Assembly: GCF_003019035.1 (NCBI RefSeq)
Contig: NZ_CP027447.1
Reading direction: 5' to 3' (one strand)
Source: Escherichia coli
Lineage (GTDB): Bacteria > Pseudomonadota > Gammaproteobacteria > Enterobacterales > Enterobacteriaceae
DNA: 64,000 nucleotides
The notes beneath the pieces were generated by a model. It did no database searches. It was given only the letters and a program-made list of their open reading frames with translations, and had not been told where the DNA came from. How positions within the stretch are numbered: position 1 is the stretch's first letter; the number at the start of each line of letters is the position of its first letter. Position numbers and translations under genes: made by a program. Of this stretch, positions 53,550-64,000 are shown one piece after another.

Positions 53550-56500
53550 ATGAGCGGAAAACCCGCGGCACGCCAGGGTGATGCCACGCTGAAAGGCGGT
53601 CCGATAGTCCAGGGGTCAGCGGGGGTGCTGATAGGCGCGCCCACCGGCGTGGCGTGCTCGGTGTGTCCGGGCGGGATGACTTCGGGCAACCCGGTAAATC
53701 CGCTGCTGGGGGCGAAGGTGCTGCCCGGCGAGACGGACCTTGCCCTGCCCGGCCCGCTGCCGTTCATTCTCTCCCGCACCTACAGCAGCTACCGGACGAG
53801 GACGCCTGCCCCGGTGGGCGTTTTCGGCCCCGGCTGGAAAGCGCCTTCGGATATCCGCTTACAGCTACGTGATGACGCACTGATACTCAACGACAACGGC
53901 GGGCGGAGCATTCACTTTGAGCCGCTGCTGCCGGGGGAGGCGGTGTACAGCCGCAGCGAGTCAATGTGGCTGGTGCGCGGTGGTAAGGCAGCGCAGCCGG
54001 ACGGCCACACGCTGGCGCGACTGTGGGGGGCGCTGCCGCCGGATATCCGGTTAAGCCCGCATCTTTACCTGGCGACCAACAGCGCACAGGGGCCGTGGTG
54101 GATACTCGGCTGGTCAGAGCGGGTGCCGGGTACTGAGGACGTACTGCCAGCGCCGCTGCCGCCGTACCGGGTGCTTACCGGGCTGGCGGACCGCTTCGGG
54201 CAGACGCTGACGTACCGGCGTGAGGCCGCCGGTGACCTGGCCGGGGAAATCACCGGCGTGACGGACGGTGCCGGGCGGAAGTTCCGTCTGGTGCTGACCA
54301 CGCAGGCGCAGCGTGCGGAAGAGGCCCGCACCTCTTCGCTATCTTCTTCTGACCGTTCCCGCCCTCTCTCAGCCTCAGCGTTCCCCGACACACTGCCCGG
54401 TACGGAATACGGCCCCGACAGGGGCATCCGTCTTTCGGCGGTGTGGCTGATGCACGACCCGGCATACCCGGAAAGCCTGCCCGGTGCGCCACTGGCGCGG
54501 TACACGTATACGGAAGCCGGTGAACTGCTGGCGGTATATGACCGCAGCAATACGCAGGTGCGCGCTTTCACGTATGACGCGCAGCACCCGGGCCGGATGG
54601 TGGCGCACCGTTACGCGGGAAGGCCGGAGATGCGCTACCGCTACGACGATACGGGGCGGGTGGTGGAGCAACTGAACCCGGCAGGGTTAAGCTACCGCTA
54701 TCTTTATGAGCAGGACCGCATCACCATCACGGACAGCCTGAACCGGCGAGAGGTGCTGCATACAGAAGGCGGGGCCGGGCTGAAGCGGGTGGTGAAAAAA
54801 GAACTGGCGGACGGCAGCGTCACGCACAGCGGGTATGACGCGGCAGGAAGGCTCACGGCACAGACGGACGCGGCGGGACGGCAGACAGAGTACGGTCTGA
54901 ATGTGGTGTCAGGCGATATCACGGACATCACCACGCCGGACGGGCGGGAGACGAAATTTTACTATAACGACGGGAACCAGGTGACGGCAGTGGTGTCCCC
55001 GGACGGGCTGGAGAGCCGCCGGGCGTATGATGAGCGGGACAGGCTGGTAACGGAGACATCGCGCAGTGGGGACGTCATCCGGTATGCTTATGATAATCCG
55101 CACAGTGAATTACCGGCCACGACAACAGATGCGACGGGCAGCACCCGGCAGATGACCTGGAGCCGCTACGGGCAGTTGCTGGCGTTCACCGACTGCTCGG
55201 GCTACCAGACCCGCTATGAATACGACCGCTTCGGCCAGATGACGGCGGTCCACCGCGAGGAAGGCATCAGCCTTTACCGCCGCTATGACAACCGTGGCCG
55301 GTTAACCTCGGTGAAAGACGCACAGGCCCGTGAAACGCAGTATGAGTACAACGCCGCAGGCGACCTGACTGCCGTTATCACCCCGGATGGCAACCGGAGT
55401 GAGACACAGTACGATGGGTGGGGAAAGGCCATCAGCACCACGCAGGGCGGGCTGACGCGCAGTATGGAGTACGATGCTGCCGGACGTATCACCACGCTGA
55501 CTAACGAGAACGGCAGCCACAGCGACTTTAGTTACGATGCGCTGGACCGCCTGATACAGCAGGGCGGCTTTGACGGGCGGACGCAACGTTATCATTATGA
55601 CCTGACCGGAAAACTCACGCAGAGTGAAGATGAGGGGCTTGTCATCCTCTGGTACTACGATGAATCGGACCGTATTACTCACCGCACGGTAAACGGTGAA
55701 CCGGCAGAACAGTGGCGGTATGACGGCCACGGCTGGCTGAGAGAAATCAGCCACCTGAGCGAAGGCCACCGTGTTGCCGTCCACTATGGCTATGATAATA
55801 AAGGCCGCCTGACCAGTGAGCGCCAGACGGTGCATCACCCGGAGACGGGAGAGCTGCTCTGGCAGCATGAGACCGGACATGCGTACAACGAACAGGGGCT
55901 GGCAAACCGCGTCACGCCGGACAGTCTGCCGCCGGTGGAGTGGCTGACCTATGGTAGCGGTTATCTGGCAGGCATGAAGCTGGGCGGGACGCCGCTGCTG
56001 GAGTTCACGCGCGACCGCCTGCACCGTGAGACGGTGCGCAGCTTCGGCAGCATGGCAGGCAGTAATGCCGCATACGAACTGACCAGCACATACACCCCTG
56101 CAGGCCAGTTACAGAGTCAGCACCTGAACAGCCTGGTGTATGACCGTGACTACGGGTGGAATGACAACGGAGACCTGGTGCGCATCAGCGGCCCGCGACA
56201 GACGCGGGAATACGGCTACAGCGCCACGGGCAGGCTGGAGAGTGTGCGCACCCTCGCACCGGACCTGGACATCCGCATCCCGTATGCCACGGACCCGGCG
56301 GGCAACCGGCTGCCGGACCCGGAGCTGCACCCGGACAGTACACTCACAGTGTGGCCGGATAACCGCATCGCGGAGGATGCGCACTATGTCTACCGCCACG
56401 ATGAATACGGCAGGCTGACGGAGAAGACGGACCGCATCCCGGCGGGTGTGATACGGACGGACGACGAGCGGACCCACCACTACCACTACGACAGCCAGCA

Positions 56501-57803
56501 CCGCCTGGTGTTCTACACGCGGATACAGCATGGCGAGCCACTGGTCGAGAGCCGCTACGTCTACGACCCGCAGGGACGGCGAATGGCGAAACGGGTATGG
56601 CGGCGGGAGCGTGACCTGACGGGGTGGATGTCGCTGTCGCGTAAACCGGAGGTGACGTGGTACGGCTGGGACGGCGACCACCTGACGACGGTGCAGACCG
56701 ACAGCACACGTATCCAGACGGTATACGAGCCGGGAAGCTTCACACCGCTCATCCGCATCGAAACAGACAACGGCGAGCGGGAGAAAACGCAGCGGCGGAG
56801 CCTGGCGGAGAAGCTCCAGCAGGAAGGGAGCGAGGACGGACACGGTGTGGTGTTCCCGGCTGAACTGGTGAGGATGCTGGACAGGCTGGAGGAAGAAATC
56901 CGGGCAGACCGCGTGAGCGGTGAAAGCCGGACGTGGCTTGCACAGTGCGGGCTGGCGGTGGAGCAACTGGAAAAACAGGTGGAGCCGGAATACACGCCGG
57001 AACGCACACTGCATCTTTACCACTGCGACCACCGGGGACTGCCGCTGGCGCTTATCAGCGAAGACGGCAATACGGTGTGGAGCGCGGAGTATGATGAATG
57101 GGGAAACCTGCTTAATGAGGAGAACCCGCATCATGTGTATCAGTCATACCGTCTGCCGGGGCAGCAGCATGATGAGGAGTCGGGGCTGTATTATAACCGG
57201 AACCGGTACTATGACCCGCTACAGGGGAGGTATATCACCCAGGATCCAATCGGGCTAAGAGGTGAATGGAATCTGTATAAATATCCATTAAACCCTGTTC
57301 GGTTTATAGATTCTTTGGGTTTAAAATTCCATGTTAACGGTGATCCAAGTGATTTTAATCAGGCTGTTGAGTATTTAAAACAAGATTCACGAATGAAAGA
57401 AGCTATAGATTTTTTATCAAGCTCTGAAGAAACCATAAAGATAGAGTATATTGATGAAACCGACGTTAGATTTGACCCGGATAAAATGACTATATATTGG
57501 AATGGTAAGGCGGCTTTATTTTGTTCAACTGATTTAAAATCGAAATCACAATCACCTGCATTAGGTTTGGGGCATGAGTTTGCTCATGCGCACTTATATC
57601 TTATTGATAAGGATGGTTATATGGGGCTTGTGAGACGTGCGGATGAACAATATAAAAATAAAGAAGAGGCGAGAGTTATCACTTTAATTGAACAGCATGC
57701 GGCGAAAACTTTAGGTGAGTGTACCAGAACAGCATATAATGGAGTGTATTATCGTGTGAATACACCAACGCAGACGGCAACAATAAATGGCACGCCAGAA
57801 TAG
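53550..57803 (+). CDS. rhs: Full-length Rhs polymorphic toxin: PAAR-like N-terminus, YD-repeat shell, DPxGL autoproteolysis motif, C-terminal HExxH-containing toxin tip
   Basis: 1417-aa ORF with SD aaggag; N-terminal [11 protein letters not shown]...CSVCPGG; RHS/YD repeats; PxxxxDPIGL at 57243-57257; C-terminal about 180 aa contain [11 protein letters not shown]. Confidence 0.92.
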   Translation: MSGKPAARQGDATLKGGPIVQGSAGVLIGAPTGVACSVCPGGMTSGNPVNPLLGAKVLPGETDLALPGPLPFILSRTYSSYRTRTPAPVGVFGPGWKAPSDIRLQLRDDALILNDNGGRSIHFEPLLPGEAVYSRSESMWLVRGGKAAQPDGHTLARLWGALPPDIRLSPHLYLATNSAQGPWWILGWSERVPGTEDVLPAPLPPYRVLTGLADRFGQTLTYRREAAGDLAGEITGVTDGAGRKFRLVLTTQAQRAEEARTSSLSSSDRSRPLSASAFPDTLPGTEYGPDRGIRLSAVWLMHDPAYPESLPGAPLARYTYTEAGELLAVYDRSNTQVRAFTYDAQHPGRMVAHRYAGRPEMRYRYDDTGRVVEQLNPAGLSYRYLYEQDRITITDSLNRREVLHTEGGAGLKRVVKKELADGSVTHSGYDAAGRLTAQTDAAGRQTEYGLNVVSGDITDITTPDGRETKFYYNDGNQVTAVVSPDGLESRRAYDERDRLVTETSRSGDVIRYAYDNPHSELPATTTDATGSTRQMTWSRYGQLLAFTDCSGYQTRYEYDRFGQMTAVHREEGISLYRRYDNRGRLTSVKDAQARETQYEYNAAGDLTAVITPDGNRSETQYDGWGKAISTTQGGLTRSMEYDAAGRITTLTNENGSHSDFSYDALDRLIQQGGFDGRTQRYHYDLTGKLTQSEDEGLVILWYYDESDRITHRTVNGEPAEQWRYDGHGWLREISHLSEGHRVAVHYGYDNKGRLTSERQTVHHPETGELLWQHETGHAYNEQGLANRVTPDSLPPVEWLTYGSGYLAGMKLGGTPLLEFTRDRLHRETVRSFGSMAGSNAAYELTSTYTPAGQLQSQHLNSLVYDRDYGWNDNGDLVRISGPRQTREYGYSATGRLESVRTLAPDLDIRIPYATDPAGNRLPDPELHPDSTLTVWPDNRIAEDAHYVYRHDEYGRLTEKTDRIPAGVIRTDDERTHHYHYDSQHRLVFYTRIQHGEPLVESRYVYDPQGRRMAKRVWRRERDLTGWMSLSRKPEVTWYGWDGDHLTTVQTDSTRIQTVYEPGSFTPLIRIETDNGEREKTQRRSLAEKLQQEGSEDGHGVVFPAELVRMLDRLEEEIRADRVSGESRTWLAQCGLAVEQLEKQVEPEYTPERTLHLYHCDHRGLPLALISEDGNTVWSAEYDEWGNLLNEENPHHVYQSYRLPGQQHDEESGLYYNRNRYYDPLQGRYITQDPIGLRGEWNLYKYPLNPVRFIDSLGLKFHVNGDPSDFNQAVEYLKQDSRMKEAIDFLSSSEETIKIEYIDETDVRFDPDKMTIYWNGKAALFCSTDLKSKSQSPALGLGHEFAHAHLYLIDKDGYMGLVRRADEQYKNKEEARVITLIEQHAAKTLGECTRTAYNGVYYRVNTPTQTATINGTPE

Positions 57804-57815
57804 TGAGATTTTTTT

Positions 57816-58265
57816 ATGATGAAATATTTGATGGTTTTATTGTCTCTATTTTCTGCTTCGGTATTGGGGATGGGGCGAGTGAATGAATTGTGTGGAATAG
57901 ATAGTGTGAAAACGATAGAAATAATTAATCTTCCAGCATATGTTACCACCTTAACCCCGCTTAGCAAGGAAGGTCTCAAGAGAATATACAAACATAAAGT
58001 GGTGGTGAATGGAGTTAGCGATTTTTATGCTGGTGAGATAATTGATTTATTGCAAATGAAGTATTTCAGGAAGGAGGAGAATAACGATATAAGATGGGGG
58101 GTTGACATTGTTTCGAATAAAAATAATAAATGTGAAATTTATTTTGATGGTTTTGGTGAATGTGGAAGTGTGAATGGCATTAACGTATGTTTTGAAAAAA
58201 ATGAAATGATAGATTGGATTAAAAAAGAAATCCCTTTTCTGTCGCAAGAAATAGGTGGTCTTTAA
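57816..58265 (+). CDS. Putative cognate immunity protein with N-terminal signal peptide
   Basis: 149-aa ORF 12 nt downstream of the rhs stop; hydrophobic N-terminus MMKYLMVLLSLFSASVLG; AT-rich. Confidence 0.7.
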   Translation: MMKYLMVLLSLFSASVLGMGRVNELCGIDSVKTIEIINLPAYVTTLTPLSKEGLKRIYKHKVVVNGVSDFYAGEIIDLLQMKYFRKEENNDIRWGVDIVSNKNNKCEIYFDGFGECGSVNGINVCFEKNEMIDWIKKEIPFLSQEIGGL

Positions 58266-58322
58266 ATGGTAGGGCAATATTCAAAGACAGTATAGGTAAC
58301 TATTTGTATGGACATGTAAGGT

Positions 58323-58372
58323 CAGGGAAAGATCACGTAACGCTGCTCAGGGAAAGATCACGTAACGCTGCT
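58323..58372 (+). repeat. Perfect 25-bp tandem duplication of the H-repeat left terminus
   Basis: cagggaaagatcacgtaacgctgct occurs twice in direct tandem (58323-58347 and 58348-58372); measured from the second unit the element is 1291 bp, the same as copies A and B. Confidence 0.85.
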
Positions 58373-59638
58373 TTTTTGTACTAAACAATCCGCATTTTAT
58401 GTTTAAAAATTGAGATATTCCTCATTACCTAAAGCTGTTTTTTATTGCTTATACATGATCAAATACTCCTTACATAATTAAGGAGAACAAAATGGAACTT
58501 AAAAAATTGATGGAACATATTTCTATTATCCCCGATTACAGACAAGCCTGGAAAGTGGAACATAAATTATCGGATATTCTACTGTTGACTATTTGTGCCG
58601 TTATTTCGGGTGCAGAAGGCTGGGAAGATATAGAGGATTTTGGGGAAACACATCTCGATTTTTTGAAGCAATATGGTGATTTTGATAATGGTATTCCTGT
58701 TCACGATACCATTGCCAGAGTTGTATCCTGTATCAGTCCTGCAAAATTTCACGAGTGCTTTATTAACTGGATGCGTGACTGCCATTCTTCAGATGATAAA
58801 GACGTCATCGCAATTGATGGAAAAACACTCCGGCATTCTTATGACAAGAGTCGCCGCAGGGGAGCGATTCATGTCATTAGTGCGTTCTCAACAATGCACA
58901 GTCTGGTCATCGGACAGATCAGGACGGATGAGAAATCCAATGAGATCACAGCTATCCCTGAACTTCTTAACATGCTGGATATTAAAGGAAAAATTATCAC
59001 AACTGATGCAATGGGTTGCCAGAAAGATATTGCAGAGAAGATACAAAAACAGGGCGGTGATTATTTATTCGCTGTAAAAGGAAACCAGGGGCGGCTAAAT
59101 AAAGCCTTCGAGGAAAAATTTCCGCTGAAAGAATTAAATAATCCAGAGCATGACAGTTACGCAATGAGTGAAAAGAGTCACGGCAGAGAAGAAATCCGTC
59201 TTCACATTTTTTGCGATGTCCCTGATGAACTTATTGATTTCACGTTTGAATGGAAAGGTCTGAAGAAATTATGCGTGGCAGTCTCCTTTCGGTCAATAAT
59301 AGCAGAACAAAAGAAAGAGCCAGAAATGACGGTCAGATATTATATCAGTTCTGCTGATTTAACCGCAGAGAAGTTCGCCACAGCAATCCGAAACCACTGG
59401 CACGTGGAGAATAAGCTGCACTGGCGTCTGGACGTGGTAATGAATGAAGACGACTGCAAAATAAGAAGAGGAAATGCAGCAGAATTATTTTCAGGGATAC
59501 GGCACATCGCTATTAATATTTTGACGAATGATAAGGTATTCAAGGCAGGGTTAAGACGTAAGATGCGAAAAGCAGCCATGGACAGAAACTATCTGGCGTC
59601 AGTCCTTGCGGGGAGCGGGCTTTCGTAATCTTTCCCTG
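58348..59638 (+). mobile_element. H-repeat (ISAs1-family) element, copy C, 1291 bp
   Basis: Same terminal IRs; internal bases 14-25 differ from copies A and B (cgtaacgctgct versus tcagaagtacac). Confidence 0.85.
58492..59628 (+). CDS. ydcC: ISAs1-family transposase (H repeat-associated protein, ydcC-equivalent position)
   Basis: 378-aa ORF; position before yddH corresponds to ydcC of reference strains. Confidence 0.8.
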   Translation: MELKKLMEHISIIPDYRQAWKVEHKLSDILLLTICAVISGAEGWEDIEDFGETHLDFLKQYGDFDNGIPVHDTIARVVSCISPAKFHECFINWMRDCHSSDDKDVIAIDGKTLRHSYDKSRRRGAIHVISAFSTMHSLVIGQIRTDEKSNEITAIPELLNMLDIKGKIITTDAMGCQKDIAEKIQKQGGDYLFAVKGNQGRLNKAFEEKFPLKELNNPEHDSYAMSEKSHGREEIRLHIFCDVPDELIDFTFEWKGLKKLCVAVSFRSIIAEQKKEPEMTVRYYISSADLTAEKFATAIRNHWHVENKLHWRLDVVMNEDDCKIRRGNAAELFSGIRHIAINILTNDKVFKAGLRRKMRKAAMDRNYLASVLAGSGLS

Positions 59639-59744
59639 TTTGTTTATATAAATGCCAAGATATTCTTTCTCAAAATATTGACTTCAGATTAACCGTGTTC
59701 CACGCAAACAATTTTCAAACATTCATCAATAGATAAGGAATTCC

Positions 59745-60212
59745 ATGTTTATACGACCAGTCAAACCTTCAGATGTTGAACCATTACTGGATATGCTGCT
59801 TGCCAGTGGACAATTTGATCAAGATGGCCTTCATCATGTACAAAAAACACTAACACATTATTTCTCAGGTCAATCTGCCGATTTATGGTTTAGTGCAGAA
59901 CACTTAGGACTGGCAGGGATTGCCTATTGCGCTCCTGAAGTGATGACAAATGATGTCTGGAATTTATTAATGCTCTGGATCAGTCCTTCCCATCAGCGCC
60001 AGGGAGTGGGACATCTGCTGATTAACGAAATAGAAAAAGAGCTCACAATTAAACAGGCAAGACTACTTTTAGTAGAGACCTCCAGCCATATCGATTTTAG
60101 TGCCGCCCGCGCATTTTATACAAAACAGGGCTTTATCAATGAAGCTATAATACGCAATTACTATGATGTTGGTGAGGATAAATTAATCTTCACTAAGAAT
60201 ATACAATCGTGA
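59745..60212 (+). CDS. GNAT-family N-acetyltransferase
   Basis: 155-aa ORF; acetyl-CoA binding motif QRQGVGHLL; sits where a 77-aa tautomerase gene (pptA) is expected from recalled reference gene order. Confidence 0.7.
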   Translation: MFIRPVKPSDVEPLLDMLLASGQFDQDGLHHVQKTLTHYFSGQSADLWFSAEHLGLAGIAYCAPEVMTNDVWNLLMLWISPSHQRQGVGHLLINEIEKELTIKQARLLLVETSSHIDFSAARAFYTKQGFINEAIIRNYYDVGEDKLIFTKNIQS

Positions 60213-60277
60213 AATAAAATGTGCTTTTAACTCATATGGAAACATTGCTTAAAAAACCGGTCGCTGCATATGATTCT

Positions 60278-60847
60278 TTAGCCCGCGGTGACTCGCTTCC
60301 CGCTGGTAACAAACGTGCCAGCGCCTAAATGATGCAACGTATTGAGCTTATCATCATCAAACTGCCAGCGGCCTTCGACAAATACCCGTGCGTCTGCCGC
60401 TGCTGATACCACTTCGCCAAACAGCGTGTCGTATTTCTCTTGCGCGGAAGTCGCTGGTAGCAATCGGCACTCCATCCACGCCAGACATTTCTCTTCAACA
60501 AGTGGCAAACCAAGCACCGGACCTTCCACCACCGGAATGCCATAGCAATTAAATTTATCCTCTTCACGCCCAGATACACTTCCCACTGCCCACGTCCAGT
60601 TAGTCGCTGCAACGCCTGGGATAACGATGCCAAATTTACCGTTACGCTCAATCAACTCCCTGGTCCATGTCGACTTATCTACCACAATCGCCACGCGTGG
60701 CGGTTCAAACTCTACGGGCATAGACCAGGCTGCTGCCATCACATTACGTCGCTGTGATTTTTCATCAAAAGTTGTTATCAAAACTGTGGGGCCGTGGTTT
60801 AACAGACGGCTGGCATGGTGTAATTCGACGGGAATGAATTGGCTCAC
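60278..60847 (-). CDS. yddH: Flavin reductase-like protein
   Basis: 189-aa ORF; flavin reductase-like fold; synteny next to nhoA. Confidence 0.85.
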   Translation of the reverse strand: MSQFIPVELHHASRLLNHGPTVLITTFDEKSQRRNVMAAAWSMPVEFEPPRVAIVVDKSTWTRELIERNGKFGIVIPGVAATNWTWAVGSVSGREEDKFNCYGIPVVEGPVLGLPLVEEKCLAWMECRLLPATSAQEKYDTLFGEVVSAAADARVFVEGRWQFDDDKLNTLHHLGAGTFVTSGKRVTAG

Positions 60848-61021
60848 GATATCGCCTCGCTATGAAGGGTGTTTTAAAAGCGTAGCTCGTAACGCAATAA
60901 GTAACGAAATTAACGGGATTGGCGATTTGCGAACGTGATGCATGTCCGCGATCGCACAAAATAGCCGGTGCGGCGTCTATTCCAGGTTATAAGTTGAGAA
61001 AACCACTAAGGGAAACGCCTG

Positions 61022-61867
61022 ATGACGCCCATTCTGAATCATTATTTTGCCCGTATTAACTGGTCGGGAGCTGCTGCGGTCAATATTGATACGCTGCGTG
61101 CATTGCACCTGAAACACAATTGCACTATTCCGTTTGAAAACCTCGACGTTTTGCTGCCGAGGGAAATACAGCTTGATGATCAATCGCTGGAAGAGAAACT
61201 GGTGATAGCCCGTCGTGGCGGTTACTGTTTTGAGCAGAATGGCGTGTTTGAGCGGGTGTTATGCGAGCTGGGGTTTAACGTTCGCAGCTTGTTAGGGCGC
61301 GTAGTGTTATCAAATCCGCCAGCATTACCGCCGCGCACCCATCGTTTGCTGTTGGTGGAACTGGAAGGGGAAAAATGGATTGCTGATGTCGGCTTCGGTG
61401 GGCAGACGCTAACCGCGCCGATTCGTTTAGTTCCCGATCTCGTGCAGTTCACGCCACACGGAGAGTATCGGTTGTTACAGGAGGGTGATGATTGGGTGTT
61501 GCAGTTTAATCATCATCAGCACTGGCAGTCGATGTACCGTTTTGATCTCTGCGAGCAGCAACAAAGCGATTATGTGATGGGCAATTTCTGGTCGGCGCAC
61601 TGGCCGCAGTCGCATTTTCGCCATCATTTGCTGATGTGTCGCCATTTGCCGGACGGTGGCAAGCTAACGCTGACCAATTTTCATTTTACCCATTATGAAA
61701 ATGGGCACGCAGTTGAGCAGCGAAATCTACCAGATGTGGCGTCGTTATATGCCGTGATGCAGGAACAGTTTGGTCTGGGCATGGATGATGTGAAACATGG
61801 CTTTACTGTGGATGAGTTAGCGCTGGTGATGGCGGCGTTTGATACGCACCCGGAGGCGGGAAAATAA
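61022..61867 (+). CDS. nhoA: Arylamine N-acetyltransferase (N-hydroxyarylamine O-acetyltransferase)
   Basis: 281-aa ORF; catalytic Cys in RRGGYCFEQN. Confidence 0.92.
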   Translation: MTPILNHYFARINWSGAAAVNIDTLRALHLKHNCTIPFENLDVLLPREIQLDDQSLEEKLVIARRGGYCFEQNGVFERVLCELGFNVRSLLGRVVLSNPPALPPRTHRLLLVELEGEKWIADVGFGGQTLTAPIRLVPDLVQFTPHGEYRLLQEGDDWVLQFNHHQHWQSMYRFDLCEQQQSDYVMGNFWSAHWPQSHFRHHLLMCRHLPDGGKLTLTNFHFTHYENGHAVEQRNLPDVASLYAVMQEQFGLGMDDVKHGFTVDELALVMAAFDTHPEAGK

Positions 61868-61880
61868 TTTATGTCAGGTT

Positions 61881-61985
<105 letters not shown>

Positions 61986-62014
61986 GCCAGACACAGCGCC
62001 GTCAGGCGCTGTTG

Positions 62015-63238
<1,224 letters not shown>

Positions 63239-63241
63239 GTT

Positions 63242-64000
63242 TCAGAGTTCAATTGCCCATTCGGCATGAAACAAAATCACCGCCGTGCCAGAAATGGTGA
63301 CTTTCTCCGGTTGGTTATCGCGAATTGTCACCGTCACTTCAATTACGCCGTCACGCCCTAATGCGCGCCCCTGATGGCCTTTAACATGCAACACGTTGCC
63401 ATCGTGGGGCAATACGTTGTGATGTACCAACCATGCACCCATCGGGCCATTGGCATTGCCAGTCACCGGATCTTCCACAATACCAATCGCAGGCGAGAAC
63501 ATGCGACCATCGGTTTCGTTTTTGCCTGGGCGGATCTGGAACGGGAAGAAACCATTGCAGCCAATCTGTTTGCTGATTGTGGTCAGCGCAGCAAGGTCAG
63601 GCGAAAGGGCGTCGATATCCACTTCCGGCTTCAGTGGAATCATCACTTTTGAGTGTCCTGTGGTAGCCACCTGGATTGGCAAGCCTTGCAAAATATCGTC
63701 TTCAGTGAGATGAAGCGCGTTGATAATCGCTGCACGTGTTTCACCTTTCAGCGGTGGCTCAAAGCCTGGAGTACCTTGTTCCAGCGAAATACGATAATCA
63801 TCATTTTGCTTTTCGATAGTCACACGATGTTTTCCTGCCAGCGACGTTTGCCAGACGGTGCAATTTCCTAAACCTAACACCTTTGCACGTACATAGTGCG
63901 CAGCTACTGTCGCGTGACCACAAATCGGAACTTCAACCGTTGGCGTAAAGTAGCGGATGCGCACATCGCTGTCGTCGCTGTGCAGCAGAAAAGCAGTTTC
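63242..64000 (-). CDS. yddE: PhzF-family isomerase-like protein, C-terminal 240 codons; 5' end beyond the window
   Basis: Open minus-strand frame to the window edge; PhzF/DapF-like fold motifs. Confidence 0.85.
   Translation of the reverse strand, partial: ETAFLLHSDDSDVRIRYFTPTVEVPICGHATVAAHYVRAKVLGLGNCTVWQTSLAGKHRVTIEKQNDDYRISLEQGTPGFEPPLKGETRAAIINALHLTEDDILQGLPIQVATTGHSKVMIPLKPEVDIDALSPDLAALTTISKQIGCNGFFPFQIRPGKNETDGRMFSPAIGIVEDPVTGNANGPMGAWLVHHNVLPHDGNVLHVKGHQGRALGRDGVIEVTVTIRDNQPEKVTISGTAVILFHAEWAIEL

Noticed and set aside
56109-57134. 341-aa minus-strand ORF (and several others at 54065-54571, 55302-56024, 56344-57007) inside the intact rhs
   Set aside because: The GC-rich rhs core generates long stop-free antisense frames; proline/arginine/alanine-rich low-complexity translations; embedded in a clearly coding sense-strand gene
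58323-58372. Possible CRISPR-like repeat
   Set aside because: Only two tandem units with no spacers and no cas genes; the unit is the H-repeat left terminus

Overview
This window is an Escherichia coli-type chromosomal segment running from the 3' part of hrpA to the 3' part of yddE, recognised by protein sequence and gene order (ydcF, aldA, gapC, cybB, ydcA, hokB, trg, ydcI, ydcJ, opgD, ydcH, rimL, ydcK, tehAB, ydcL, ydcO, sutR, ydcP, yncJ, ydcR, ydcSTUV, patD, ortT, ydcY, ydcZ, mnaT, curA, mcbR, yncD, yncE, ansP, yncG, yncH, yddH, nhoA). Three mobile-element regions interrupt this conserved backbone. (1) An IS200/IS605-family element (IS609-like, about 19434-21170) has an intact TnpB-type gene and a frameshifted tnpA. 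(2) A roughly 17.7 kb accessory island (about 42520-60215) holds an intact vgrG, an rhs gene split by an H-repeat (ISAs1-family) element, an orphan Rhs C-terminal toxin with its putative immunity gene, nested H-repeat remnants, a translationally coupled array of small lipoprotein and ankyrin genes, and a full-length PAAR-Rhs protein (1417 aa) whose C-terminal tip carries an HExxH motif and is followed by a signal-peptide immunity gene. (3) An IS110-family element (IS621-like, 61929-63209) sits in a REP sequence between nhoA and yddE; its non-coding left end contains two short stretches that match the element's own right terminus and its insertion site, as expected for a bridge RNA. No rRNA, tRNA or CRISPR array was found. 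Coordinates for features not in the ORF track were read by eye and may be off by a base or two; all homology statements come from recall and inspection, not from a search.
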